A stretch of DNA of 64,000 nucleotides, taken from Podarcis bocagei. Taxonomy: Eukaryota. Positions 50,545 through 63,515 of this stretch are shown here, in pieces. Location of the stretch: NCBI GenBank assembly GCA_964188305.1, contig OZ076885.1, one strand, 5' to 3'. Position 1 is the stretch's first letter, and every line of letters begins with the position of its first letter. The translations under genes were made by a program, and so were the position numbers. A model generated the notes under the pieces. That model made no database searches. It was not told the DNA's origin and was given only the letters and a program-made list of their open reading frames with translations.

Positions 50545-50772
50545 ATTTTTTGTACCCCACCCATCTGACTGGGTTGTCCCAGTCACTCTGGGCGGCTTCC
50601 AACAGCATGTACAGAAACAACACAACAGAACATCAGGCATTAAGTGTCGTGATACAGGGCTGCCTTCAGACATCTATAAAAGGTCGTATATTTGTTTATC
50701 TCTTTGACATCTGATGGGTGGACGTTCCACAAGGAAGGCAGGCATGACCCACTGCCTGGTTCCCTGTGGCAA
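50545..50772 (-). mobile_element. Degraded L2 3' tail
   Basis: cagggctgccttcagac and gggcggcttcc motifs shared with the other L2 copies. Confidence 0.65.
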
Positions 50773-51141
50773 GCAATTTTGCTTCAAGAATGGCTGAACT
50801 GGAATAACAGAGCACTGTTGTTGGTGCCACCATCTGACATGAAGCAGAAGCTACATGGTTCTGAAAGAGACCAGAATTTTCCAAAATTGGTGGAAATGCT
50901 TATTATGGGCAAGTTATCCCAGGTCAACACACCGCCAATGAATGTGCTCTATGGATACATTCCTGAACCATGATAAATTTTATTTATATTAGCTTTTGTA
51001 TTATTAGGATTCTTATGACCTTCAAAAGGTTCAAGGTTACAAATACAGTCCAGAAGCCATGGGGAAATGCTACGTTCCCATGTCTCAATTAATCTGAATA
51101 TTTGACACTTAGCATATAGCACAATAAAAGAATTATATTTA

Positions 51142-51405
<264 letters not shown>

Positions 51406-52236
51406 TCAGTTTGTCTTTGCAAGAAAAAAATTCTTTTAAAGAAACAATCAAAAAGAAGGATTTATAACTGAGCACTTCTGAACTAGCAATTGTTCAGATG
51501 AATGAAAAGCATTTCTAGCCTCACATGTAAAAGTAATTTTCTGCAGCTATAGCCCCTGTAAAGCGTTTATTATAATGCAAGAACCACCCACACCTAGCTA
51601 TCTGACCTGCCTCAACTCACAGGTTCAGGGAAAGTAAAACTTAAAAGGAACTATGAAGTCTACTAAGTTTCCGTTAAGTGTAAGTCACTGTACCACATTA
51701 AAATCTCTCTACATTAATTTATCTTAGGCTTGTGGTGCTTCCAGAAACAGTTCAGGCATTTTGTTGCAAAACTCCTGTTCCTCTACAACAACCCAATGAA
51801 GACTGAGCATGCTAAGTGGGTAACTGACTACTGGGAGATAAAACAAAACACTGTGGGAGTGGGGTAGAGAAGAGGGAATGAAGTGCCTGGAATCCAAACA
51901 GGGAGCACTCCATAGCGTACTTTGTTACAGCAGCCAGGTATCCTATTTCTAACAAGTGACCCGACACAAAGCTAAAATGAAAGATTTTCACACGAGTGCA
52001 TTTTTATTCCATATCCTTGTTTGTGCCCACCTGATTTTACATTATGAAATAGTCAGCTGCTCATGTGAAAAATGTGTGGACTCCTTCGGTGCTTCCAGAG
52101 AGAATTCAGCAGTGGAACAGAACTAAAGAATGATCTTTCATAAGCAACTGAACACAAGCAACGGGCTGATGAATGTCCCCAATAACAAGATAACTATGCA
52201 TACACACTGTTGGTGTACAAAACAGGGTAGCAGTTA

Positions 52237-52368
<132 letters not shown>

Positions 52369-52457
52369 CTAAAGACAAATAAACCCAAATAAATGAACAT
52401 ATGTGACTGAGAAGCAAAGTTTTACCCCGAAGGCCATTTTAAAAATCCAAGACACTA

Positions 52458-52580
<123 letters not shown>

Positions 52581-52857
52581 TTAGCATTTAATGTATGCTA
52601 AAAACACTTTATAGACTAGTAATACATGAATTCATTTATTTTAATACAGCATGCTATTAATAATTATGTCCTCCTTTGAAAGTGTGTTCAAGCATTAAGA
52701 TTTCTGTTAAAAACGAGTCTTAAAAAAACAAAACATGCCCAGCTTACTGTTGTAATGTTGAAGACTAAAGATGCACCCTGCTGCACACTTACTTGGCAAT
52801 AAGTCTCAGTTCTGAGCAGCATACATTGCAATTTGCACACAATTGGATGGAGCTTAC

Positions 52858-52934
52858 CTTGCTTTCCTAGACTTCTCAGAATTTGTCAGAATGTTCCAAC
52901 CCTTCATTACTGGCATGGCACAAGCAGCTACTGG
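52858..52934 (-). CDS. NDUFS1: NDUFS1 coding exon 4
   Basis: PVAACAMPVMKGWNILTNSEKSRKA. Confidence 0.96.
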
Positions 52935-53311
52935 CTACAAATGCATAAGAAAGCTACATCAATAACAAATTTGTATACATGGATGCTCACATAGTGGCAG
53001 GGTATTATCAATTAAATGCCTCAACTGTTTGCCTTAGTTTCATAATAAACTTATTGATAAAAATCAACACCAAGGCTTAAGATCAAAACAAAAAAAAGGG
53101 AAGTAACATTCACGTAATACATAAATTAATGTAGTCACGGCCAGCAGCTTAGAGGGCTTTAAAATCTGATCCAATTCATGGACAGTAGGATTTATCAGAA
53201 GCTAACAGTCATTATGATTCCATGGACCCTCCATTTTAAGATGCAATTTACTACTGAATAACAGTTATGGGGGAAGGTGGAGGGTAACAGCATGAGATGA
53301 CAATTGCCTTA

Positions 53312-53460
53312 TCATGGAATCATAGAATTGGAAGAGAGCTGGAAGGGACCATGAGGGCCATTTAGTGCAGTCCCCTGCAATGCAAGAATCTTTTGTCCAA
53401 CGTGGGGCTCAAACCCACAACACTGACATTAAGAGTCTGATGCTCTACTGACTGAGCTAT
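53312..53460 (-). mobile_element. tRNA-Lys(CTT)-derived SINE with CR1 3' tail
   Basis: Minus strand TAGCTCAGTCAGTAGAGCATCAGACTCTTAATGTCAG...GAGCCCCACGTTGG followed by CR1-type ...ggtcccttccag...ttctatgattc. Confidence 0.75.
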
Positions 53461-54255
53461 CTTTCATGCTCTCCTTCTGGTCTTCCCCAGAAACATCTGA
53501 CTGACGTTTGCAGGAAAACAGCTATCCCTTCCTCCAAGGGCTGGACATGTGAACACTGCAAGCATTTATGAACGTATACCATAGAAATATTTAGATGTTT
53601 TTGCCGATCACATGGACTGCCGGAACAAGGAAAGGCTTTCAAGAGACAGTAAAGAACATATTAACCTTAAATGTTCTAGTCCAGCTGCTTGCCTGTATTT
53701 TTTCATCACTGAGTGCTGAGAGATTAAATTCTCAGGCACCAGACATAACACACAAGGTAGGTAGAGCTGCAATCCTATAGGGTTGTCAAGCTCTGGAAAA
53801 ATGGCATAAGTCACAGTATAGGAATTACATTGTTTGGTTGGGTTGGATTCAGCATGTTGCCACCCTGCAGTGGGTAAAAGCACATGTGCGCATACCAGCG
53901 CTATATGTTACTGAATGCCCTAACTGCCAACAGCTTAACACCCCTGTTTTCTCAATGGAAACCAAAAGCTGATGCTCCGCTATCATCAATGTGTTTGATA
54001 GGATGTCTACAAATATGAAAATAAATGTGTGTAAAATGGTAAAGGACCCCTGGATGGTTAAGTCCAGTCAAATTTGACTATGGGGTGTGGTGTGCGTGCA
54101 CAAACACACTATGCCAACAGCTTTATGTAGGTGAACACAACATTCACAATAATGTCAAAAAGCAACTGTTAGCAGTGGGCATATTGCAACTTGTAATTTA
54201 GATGCCAGCAAGGTTGTCATTAGCTGTTCTGCTAAGCGCTTTACACTTGTCTTTA

Positions 54256-54429
<174 letters not shown>

Positions 54430-54717
54430 CTACAGAAAAGTCAAAACAAAAGAGAAAAAGTGCCAATGTACATGTTAGGAACTTTTTAGCATGTTCCATA
54501 CAAATATGACTCAGGCTGCAAGTCTATAAGCATTTACCTAGGAGAAAGTCCCATTGAACTCATCATTAATTATCATTATTATTACCCTTCCCTTAACCTT
54601 AAGGTCCCAAGGCAGGTTACAATTAAAACACAACAGGTCTTACTTCCAAGTAGATATGTTAGGAAAGCACTGTCAGTCTCTCATTTATAAAGAAAAGCTA
54701 CTATTTTTATCCAAGTA

Positions 54718-54858
54718 CAGTGGTACCTCTGTTTTTGAACGTAATCCATTCAAGTTCTGAAACGTTCGAAAACTGAAAGCTCAATACGGAAGCCACGTGG
54801 CATGTTCGACTTCCGAGGCATTTGAAAACCGAAATGTTCGAAAACTGAGGTACCACTG
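54718..54858. mobile_element. Short Tigger-like MITE
   Basis: TA|CAGTGGTACCTC...GAGGTACCACTG|TA. Confidence 0.8.
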
Positions 54859-55015
54859 TACTTATTTTTCTTTGCAGTTGGTTTGCAATGCTATAAAGGA
54901 ATGGAGCCATGAGAAGCAAGGTCCAATGTGCTTTAAAGAGATATTACAGCAGGTACTGGAGGGGATGTGAACAGAATGTGAATAGAAAGAGACAGTGTAT
55001 ACAAATTTATTCTAC

Positions 55016-55107
55016 CTGAAGTACTGTGGTTCCTGGAGGTACTAATACAGAATTCCCATCAACGAAAACCTCTATCAGGTTGCTGGCTGCTGTTGCCGTT
55101 GCACGCA
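55016..55107 (-). CDS. NDUFS1: NDUFS1 coding exon 2
   Basis: [31 protein letters not shown]. Confidence 0.96.
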
Positions 55108-56309
55108 CTGAAAGACAAAAGAATAAAATATGGAAAATGTGATCATTTATTGCTCAGAAGTCAGATTAAGTATTTTGGATTCATTCACTAGTAACTTGCT
55201 GAAAGGATAAACAGGGCACACAAGCTCATACAGGGGAATCCCCGCTTACACAAGGAATTCTGTTGTTGCACACGCAAATCCCATCCCTCCCCTCCTGCCC
55301 CGCCCCCTTTCAGCACACATGCTGATCATGTGAGAGTTGAGAGGAGCCTGTCCTGCAAAAACCCCCAAAGCATAATATGAATTTAAGTTGTCAGTCATTT
55401 AGGTGCTGGAATATAATATTTTATTAATTTTAACCTATCAAACTGACCTTACAAAAATAGAGGAAAAAACATTTAATCCCTAGGATGGCATTATCTGCAC
55501 AGTGTGTTTTATACCACGGATTGTTCAGACCATAATTTACCATTACAAGAATGAGCCACAGCAGGTCCTAGGTTTCTGCGCTCCCCCACTGTGATGAGAG
55601 TTCAGTTTTTATTTCCTTTTAGGATTAACTGGAGCTTGCCATATAATCTCAACCTGGACAAATTGGATTAATCTTAATGGTTAGTTGTAATATGCCAACA
55701 TCAATTCATACTTTTTAAAGCCTGCTTATTTGAACCAACCATTGTTAAGATTAGTCACAGTTTAGGGTCTGACTGATATGCTAAATTGCAGTCAATCCAA
55801 AACAAACTTGATTCCTTCCTTGCCAGGGGGACGTGGGGGATGCATTACATTCATATACAGCAAGAAGCTGCTTCCAAGCATTAAAATGAAGTATTTTCTC
55901 TAAAAGGAGGTGTGTCTAAAAACATGACATACTTTTTTAAATTTCAGGTATTTTTTTAAAAGGATTCCTGTTGGTGTGTTATTTTTATGACAATTCATTA
56001 TAGCCTTTACTTCTCTAAATGACTTTGATAGAAATCTTTAAAAAAAATACAGTACAGTGCAGACAATTTTTTTTAGAATTCAGTAAAAAGCCAGCAAGTT
56101 TGTATGAACTTCGTTAAGACTTCAAAAAAGCCTTACAAATTAAACAGAGTGGATTCTCCTTCCCCAAAATGGAATTTGTCTTCATTCTAAGTCCATAATT
56201 AAACTTCAGACATCTGAATTATCTGTGAATTACCGAGTCTATAATGAAAATTACAACAAAAACTGGAAAGAGTTACTATATAAATGGACTGGATATAAAG
56301 GCAACTTAC

Positions 56310-56373
56310 CACATCCTTTAGTAATCTGAGTGGCACCAGCTAAGGCCTTGTGGACAGCAGGGAGTCGCAACAT
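56310..56373 (-). CDS. NDUFS1: NADH:ubiquinone oxidoreductase 75 kDa subunit, coding exon 1 (mitochondrial transit peptide)
   Basis: cag|caccATG; MLRLPAVHKALAGATQITKGC; donor gtaagt. Confidence 0.92.
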
Positions 56374-57249
56374 GGTGCTGGAAATAAGGTGCTGGCGATA
56401 AGACATTAAAATTAAAGTTTAAAACAAGGTTCAAACAAGAGCTTGTTAAATTTAAAATGAATGAAAAATAGTTTAAATTTATAACCCAACATTTCTGACA
56501 CCCAAGCATATGAATACTTGCAGATATGGTCACACATGCAAGAATTACATAAGTCCCATTCAGGTGTTCACTCCCACATTACTGTCACATTCCTACTGCC
56601 CTCCATGCATTGTAAGGAAGGTCTGAAGCAGGGAACATGCTCTGTACCTGAAGGTTTCCCGGCCTTCAGCCTCTGGGCCTAAGGTTCCCCACCCCGGCTT
56701 ACAGCTTTTACAAAATTTAAAAAACCTTAAGTACAAAATGTGAAAGGTAAGCAGAGTACATAAACGTTTCACAGAGTATACATTGTGTGTAGGTTGTCGC
56801 CGCACCTATTGAAGAGACTTCTTCACAGCTCTTTAAAGTGCAGGAGCTCCTTTACACTCAGTCCCTAAATCTGCACACTAACACAGAGAAGGATCATAAG
56901 AAAGATGCTAGAATTACTGTGGACACTCCCCCAGGGCAGAATTTGGTGACAATTACTCCAGAGTAAATGGCAAAAATCCTAAGGAGGTAGATTTTGAGTC
57001 TCAAATAGTTCCATAAGCATTGCCACTAAATCTGTAACATTAAAAAGGGAGGTAGCTTGTAGCTGTGCTGTCTATACATGTAGTACTGCTGTCAAGTGAT
57101 GCCCTGCAATGCTCTTATACTGTCTTCATAAGGGGAAACGGGCTGGGAAAGCATATAAAATTGCAACATAAGCAAGCAAGCAGGGGTAGGATCACATTGT
57201 GAACCTGCTGCTGTTCTTGTAAACAGGTGGGTTTGGTGGGCCTCTTTTC

Positions 57250-57745
57250 ATAGAAATTTAGAGTTGGAAGGGATCCCAAGGGTCATCTACTCTTGCAATG
57301 CAGAATGCAGAAATCTCAGCTAAAGCCTGAAGCCATTGGTTTGGGTCCTACCCTCTGCGGAAGCAGAAAACAAGCTTATTGCTTCCTTCATGTGACAGCC
57401 CTTCAGATACGATGGCTATTGTATCTCCTCTGTCACCTCTTTCCCAGCCTAAACAGACCCAACTCCTTCAACTGTTCCCCCATAAGGCTTGGTTTCCAGA
57501 CCTTCATAACCTTGAGAAGCCCTCCTCTGCACACATTCCAGCGTGACTAAATTCTTCTTAAACTGTGGTGCCCAGAACTAGACACAGTACTCCTGGTGTG
57601 GTCTGACCAAGGGAGTAATGCTATGATTTCCCTTGATTGGAACACTCTGCTTATGCAGATGCAGCCTACAACAGCATCCCTTTATTTTTGCTGCTACATC
57701 ACACTGTTGACTCAACTTAATTTTGCGGTCCACCAAGACCCCTAC
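57250..57745 (-). mobile_element. Degraded CR1 fragment
   Basis: gtggtgcccagaactagacacagtactcc and agagttggaagggatcc are CR1 reverse-strand hallmarks. Confidence 0.65.
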
Positions 57746-58014
57746 AAGAGACTTTTCAAATGTACTACTGGCAAGTCAGCTGCCCGCCCCCCCCCCCAAA
57801 TTCTTATACTGCTGCATCTGGTTATTCCTTCTTAAGGGCAGAACCTTTTTTTAGTTCAGGCCCAGTTCTCCAATCTGTAAATGCCTTATTGAACCCCGAT
57901 TCTCTCCTCTGTGCCACATTAGCCACGGCTTGGTGTTATCTGGCCCTTTCCCTTTCTTGTCCTTTTTTCCATGTTATGCATGCCAATCCATTGGAAAGTT
58001 GAATGGGTGGGATG

Positions 58015-58825
58015 GGAAGATTGCCGAAAGAAATATCAACAACCTCAGATATGCAGATAACACAACCTTGATGGCAGAAAGTGAGGAGGAATTAAAGAAC
58101 CTTTTAATGAGGGTGAAAGAAGAGCGCAAAATATGGTCTGAAGCTCAACATCAAAAAAACTAAGATCATGGCCACTGGTCCCATCACCTTCTGGCAAACA
58201 GAAGGGGAAGAAATGGAGGCAGTGAGAGATTTTACTTTCTTGGGCTCCATGATCACTGCAGATGGTGACAGCAGCCACGAAATTAAAAGACGTCTGCTTC
58301 TTGGGAGAAAAGCAATGAGAAACCTAGACAGCATCTTAAAAGGCAGAGACATCACCTTGCCAACAAAGGTCCGTATAGTTAAAGCTATGATTTTCCCAGG
58401 AGTGATGTATGGAAGTGAGAGCTGGACCATAAAGAAGGCTGATCGCCGAAGAATTTATGCTTTTGAATTATGGTGCTGGAGGAGACTCTTGAGAGTCCCA
58501 TGGACTGCAAGAAGAACGTATCCATTCTGAAGGAAATCAGCCCTGAGTGCTCACTGGAAGGACAGATCCTGAAGCTGAGGCTCCAAGACTTTGGCCACCT
58601 CATGAGAAGAGAAGCCTCCCTGGAAAAGACCCTGATGTTGGGAAAGATGGAGGGCACAAGGAGAAGGGGACGACAGAGGACGAGGTGGTTGGACAGTGTT
58701 CTTGAAGCTACCAGCATGAGTTTGACCAAACTGCGGGAGGCAGTGGAAGACAGAAGTGCCTGGCGTGCTCTGATCCATGGGGTCACAAAGAGTCGGACAC
58801 AACTAAACGACTAAACAACAACAAC
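58015..58825 (+). mobile_element. Bov-B (RTE) LINE 3' fragment including RT C-terminus
   Basis: RNINNLRYADNTTLMAESEEELK; FTFLGSMITADGDSSHEIKRRLLLGR; (CAA)n tail; frameshifted. Confidence 0.93.
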
Positions 58826-59342
58826 AGAGTTGAAAGGGGTCCCCAGGAGTCATCTAGCCCAACCCACTGCTCGAACCAGCCACCTGCCTGGTGAAGCAGC
58901 CAGGCGCCCTCACCCGCTGCGCCACCTGGGCATTGGCTTATTTCTGCCGCTGCATCGCGATGCCCGGCTCCTGCTTACGGCCCCCTCCCTCTCCGCACCC
59001 TCTGCCAGCTCACGAAAGGTGACCTTTGGGCGCCCCTGAGGCCGACGGGACACCTGCCTGCTACTTCCCGAGGCCCGGCTCGTCTCCAGTGCAGTAGGGA
59101 ACCCGGCGTGGGGAAGAAAGGGGCCGTCTTTTATTACCGCACGGGGCGACGCGACGAGGGGGGAAGCCGGCAAGGGGAGTCTCGGCCGCGGGGGCGGAGG
59201 CAGCCCGACGACCCGCTCAAGGGCGCCGCGAAGGCGAAGCGGACAGCGGCCTACCTACGCGCCTCCCTTCGGTCCGGGAAACAGGACGGAAAGCACCGCG
59301 GAGGCCCTTTCGTCCGCCGCGCCGCGACCTTCCTCCCGTTAC

Positions 59343-59465
59343 CTCCTCCTCTTCGGCGCGGCGTGGGGGGCGGGAACCCGGTCCGGCCTTAACGACCCAG
59401 GACGCCTCCTCCGCCGCTGCCTCCTCAGAAGCGGCCTCCTCAGCACTCAAGATGGCGGAGGGCCC
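59343..59465 (-). other. NDUFS1: NDUFS1 non-coding exon 1 (5' end approximate)
   Basis: Donor GAG|gtaacg at 59342; inside CpG island; YY1-type CCGCCATCTTG at 59448-59458. Confidence 0.65.
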
Positions 59466-59587
59466 TCGGCGATTTCCGCGACGCGCTCGGCAACATTCGG
59501 AGAGGACGCCGCCGACGTCCCGTGGCCCGCACGCAAGTTCCGCCGTCAATTGAAAACAAACGAGGCGAACCAACCGTCGATTTCCCT

Positions 59588-59897
59588 CCTTGATTGACGT
59601 GAGCGATGACCCGCCTCCTCCTAGCGTAGCTTCCGGCTTTTAAAACCTTCGGAGGGGCGCGGCCGATCCGTTAGAAACAAACGGGGAGAAGCACCGCCCC
59701 TTCCTTGATTGACGTGAGCGATGACCCGCCTCTTCCTAGCGTAGCTTCCGGCTTTTAAAACCTGCGGAGGGGCGGGGCCGATCCGTTAGAAGCAAACGGG
59801 GAGAAGCACCGCCCCTTCCTTGATTGACGCGAGAGCTGATCCCGCCTCCTCCTGTCATAAATCTGCAGCTTTCAAAACCGGCGGGGCTGGGGCGGGT
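59588..59897 (+). repeat. 115-bp tandem repeat (~2.6 copies) in the bidirectional promoter
   Basis: Unit starts ccttgattgacg at 59588, 59703 and 59818; first two copies near-identical, third degenerate. Confidence 0.92.
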
Positions 59898-59969
59898 CCC
59901 TTGAGCGGCGGAAGGACACGTCGGCGGAAATCAAACCCCGTGGCGGAGGGATTTGCGTGCGTGCGTGCG

Positions 59970-60012
59970 TATATATAAGAGCGGCGGAGGCCGAGCGCCG
60001 CCCTTTTTCCCC
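59970..60012 (+). promoter_or_regulatory. EEF1B2: EEF1B2 TATA box and 5'-TOP/TCT start
   Basis: TATATATAAG at 59970-59979 followed ~30 nt later by the pyrimidine tract ccctttttcccc, typical of translation-factor TOP mRNAs. Confidence 0.8.
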
Positions 60013-60090
60013 GACGGCCGTTGTGGTGGCTGTTGTGCGCGCGCAGCCGGTCTCTTCCCCGCCTCCCGCTCCTGAAACTTCGGCGCCATC

Positions 60091-60170
60091 ATGGGCTTTG
60101 GGGATCTGAAATCCGCCTCGGGGCTCCAGCTTCTCAACGCCTTCCTAGCCAGCAGGAGCTACATCGAGGG
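60091..60170 (+). CDS. EEF1B2: Elongation factor 1-beta, coding exon 1
   Basis: gccatcATG; [27 protein letters not shown]; donor gtgagc. Confidence 0.95.
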
Positions 60171-61822
60171 GTGAGCCGCCCTCCGCGCACCCCGAAATAT
60201 TCACTGTTTCCGTATCCCTTTTAAACGCCAGCAGTAGGTCCCGCTTTTCCCATTCATTGGCCTTCGCTTCTTCCCGCGTAGGCCCCACATTGCTGCAGGC
60301 CGGCGGCTTAGCAGTTTGAATGAGGTCTAGCAACTTGGCAAGTCTCTTTTGGAAACTGTGCTTTGCGCGCGCGAGAGAGAAGCGGAGCTATAGAGGGGTC
60401 GTATCTCTTTAACACCCTACGACTGAAGCCACGTTATTCTGAGGCATTTTAAAATATATTAATAATAGTAATAACTTTTATTTATACCCTGGCCAGAGCT
60501 GGGCTCAAGGCGGCTAACACCAATAAAATCACAGTAAAAGCATAATGGGGGAAAGAGAAAGAGGGGGGGACCAATTTGAAATACAGGCTAAAATTCAATT
60601 TAAAATGCAGCCTCATTTTAAAGTAGCCGATAAATCTTAGCCCCGAGTCTTCCTACTTTCTGAGGGGCATCATAAGGCAAATCATGGTTATGAATACCAG
60701 TCCTAGGAGTGGTATTTGCTTTTCAGGTCAGGCTTGCAGGCACAAAGGAAAGGCCCCAAAGCAGCCGCCTTTTAACAATGAATTTATATATGAATAGCTG
60801 CTGGTTCCTGTTCCTTTGGGTGGTGCAGGGTGCAAGCTGGTCTTTACCCCCTTCCTCAAAGATAGGCAGCGAGGCCTTACAGTATCTCTTGGTCCCCCTG
60901 CCTTCTACTTCCCTTCTGCTCTCTAGTCCCATAAATTATTCTGTTGCAGATTTTGGGCTCTGGGAGAGAGCCGCTTGCCTAACGAATTGATGGTTTGTGG
61001 GGCATTTGAAGCGGCAACCGTCTGATTTGCAATGCTCTTTCCAAGCCGTTACCACGTGCCCTTTACTAACACATTTGGCCATTGTTGGGGATAGAAGCTG
61101 GGTGGTTTTGGGAGAAAGCTATTCTGGTTCTGACTTGGAGGGGGGGGAATAAAAATACAAGGATGGGTTAGAAAAGTAAATGGGAGAAAAAGACAAAGAT
61201 GGGTTGGAAGAGTACATGTGAGAATATGTAAGCTTAAAGTAACTTGTTCCAAGACCACGTGGCAATCTTTGTGTGTGGATAATGGGATTTGCAACCTGCC
61301 ATAATGCCCAAAAGTGAGACTTTACGTCATTTAAAACATACATCAATGCTAGATGTGTTGGGCCTACTGGGAAATGACTTGGGCCTTGATTATTGCAGAT
61401 TCTGTATGAGCTCTGGTTGTGGTTCTTGGGCGGTAGAGTATTAAAACTCTAACCCAGAAGTAATGGATATGGTTGAATAACCATAGTTAAGCATTTTGTT
61501 CAAACTGGGAAAGTGGGTATCAGTTCTGGAACAATCCATGATATGAAAGTTTGAAGTTGGTCTCTTATGTTGCTGGAAGCTGGCTTGTTCTGAAGCTGAT
61601 CTGGTAACCATAATTTATTGGTTCAGGTGAACAGGAAATTATAGTTAATAAGAACCTTCCTGGTTTATTTGTAGCTTGCACAAAGGGGCTACAAACTCTT
61701 GTTCATATCTGCTTATTTGGGAGACATCTGAGTGGCTTGCTGAGATGGATTTCACTTTCTATGTGTGGTGCTTTTCGTTTTGCTGAATGAAACAATTTTT
61801 ATCCTGAACATGTTTTCTGTAG

Positions 61823-61945
61823 GTATGTCCCATCCCAAGCAGATATTGCAGTTTTTGAAGCAGTTGGTGCACCCCCTCCTCCTGAGCTGTTCCATGCCCT
61901 CCGCTGGTACAACCACATTAAGTCTTTCGACAAACAAAAGGCAAG
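61823..61945 (+). CDS. EEF1B2: Elongation factor 1-beta, coding exon 2 (remaining exons beyond the window)
   Basis: [40 protein letters not shown]; ttctgtag / gtaggg boundaries. Confidence 0.95.
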
Positions 61946-62194
61946 GTAGGGCTCAATTTGCTGTCATTTACAGGTTTGTATTCAATGTAGCATTAAGCAA
62001 CAGAGCGATTTCTCTCTCCTTATTGCCCCCCTTTTTCTGAGGGTTCCCCCTACTCTCCATAGCAGATTTGGAGATGGCATAAGAGGTGTGGGGAATCCCA
62101 TAGTGCTAGTGTAACTATGTAATGACACCCAAAAACTTTAGAACTCTTTTGTCCTGGACAGCCATATACAGTATCAGCAGTAATCAGTGATAAT

Positions 62195-62870
62195 ACTTTT
62201 ATATTTATATCCCGCCCTCCCCAGCCAAGTAAGACAATGCATAAAAATGAGTGATCAATAAATTAAGATACATCCCACAATTAATTCAAACAAATTAAAA
62301 TTAAAACTGGGCAAGTTGCAATCTTCAGGTTAAAATTGAGGGCAGTTACCAATTGTTTCCACTGACATAATAAGCACCTGTGAGTGGACTCGGAACCTCC
62401 TTCATGCTTGTTCTTATACAAGGAGAAAATGAGTCAGACTGAACCCTGACCCAAAGGCCTGGTGGAACAGCTCTGTCTTGCAGGCCCCATGGAAAGATGT
62501 CAAATCCCGCAAGGCCATAGTCCCTTGTGAGAGCGCGTTCCACTAGGCCGGGGCCACAGCCGAAAAGGCCCTGGCTCTGGTTGAGGCCAGTCTGATCTCG
62601 GGGGCCCAGAATCCTTCGGATGTTGTTATTTGCAGGCTGTAAGGTCCTCTGGGGCAAGGTTAAAACCAGCACCTTAAACCTGATCCTGTACTCCACCGGA
62701 AGCCAGTGCAGCTGGTATAGCACTGGGTGAATGTGATCCCACGGCAAGGACCCCGTAAGGATTCTCACCACTGTATTCTGCACCCCCTGGAGTTTCTGGG
62801 TCAGTTTCAAGGGCAGCCCCACATAGAGTTACAGTAATAAAGCCTGGAGGTGACTGTTACATGGATCACA
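62195..62870 (-). mobile_element. L2 LINE fragment (second family)
   Basis: GLPLKLTQKLQGVQN...HIHPVLYQLHWLPVEYRIRFKVLVLT. Confidence 0.85.
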
Positions 62871-63025
62871 GTGACGAGGTTGGGGCAAGAGAGGTAACGG
62901 ACCAATTAGTAACATCAAAAATAGTACAAATTTTTACAAAAATGGTACAAAGCGTGTCATAATGGCCAGTTATGTGATTAAGTTTCTGTTGCCTTAATGG
63001 AGCTTATGCTTGCTGTAGTGTATAT

Positions 63026-63352
63026 AGGTGGCACTATGGTCTAAACCAGGGTTAGTCAACCTTTTTATACCTACCGCCCACTAATGCATCTTTTTTAATG
63101 GTAAAAAATCCTTACCACCCACCAGTGCTTGATGGAAGGATTAGCCTGTGCAATAGAACCCTTACTGCCCTCCTAGAATCCTGAAACACCCACTAGTGGG
63201 CAGTAGGGACCAGGTTGACAACCCCTGGTCTAAACCATTGAGCCTCTTGGTCTTGCCAATCTGAAGGTTGGTGGTTCGAATCCAAGGGAAAGGGTGAGCT
63301 CCCATAGCTCTGTCCCAGCTTCTGCCAACCTAGTAATTCTAAAGCACACCAG
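63026..63352 (+). mobile_element. Degraded Sauria SINE 5' part interrupted by a hAT MITE
   Basis: ggtggcactatggtctaaac|MITE|cattgagcctcttgg...ggttcgaatcc...tgccaacctag. Confidence 0.75.
63047..63227. mobile_element. hAT MITE nested in a Sauria SINE
   Basis: CAGGGTTAGTCAACCT / AGGTTGACAACCCCTG termini; TSD GTCTAAAC on both sides. Confidence 0.85.
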
Positions 63353-63515
63353 TTTACCCATTTCTTTTTTAAAGTATGTTATTGCTCACGAACAATGCTG
63401 CTCCTGAAAACAGGTCTTCGCATAGAGTGACTTTTCTCTGTTACCGCCATTTGTTCTTCAGTCCCTTTTTTAAAAAGCTTTCTAACAATGAAAAGTCAGA
63501 GCTGCCAGACAGCTT

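Larger units (their letters stand above)
58880..60380. promoter_or_regulatory. CpG island / bidirectional promoter of NDUFS1 and EEF1B2
   Basis: CpG-rich; head-to-head first exons ~540 bp apart; ETS (CTTCCGG), GC-box, TGACGT, YY1 and NRF1-like (TGCGCGCGCA, 60036-60045) motifs. Confidence 0.9.

Noticed and set aside
53400-53460. Functional tRNA-Lys gene
   Set aside because: Acceptor stem and B-box are mutated and it is fused to a CR1 tail; it is a SINE.
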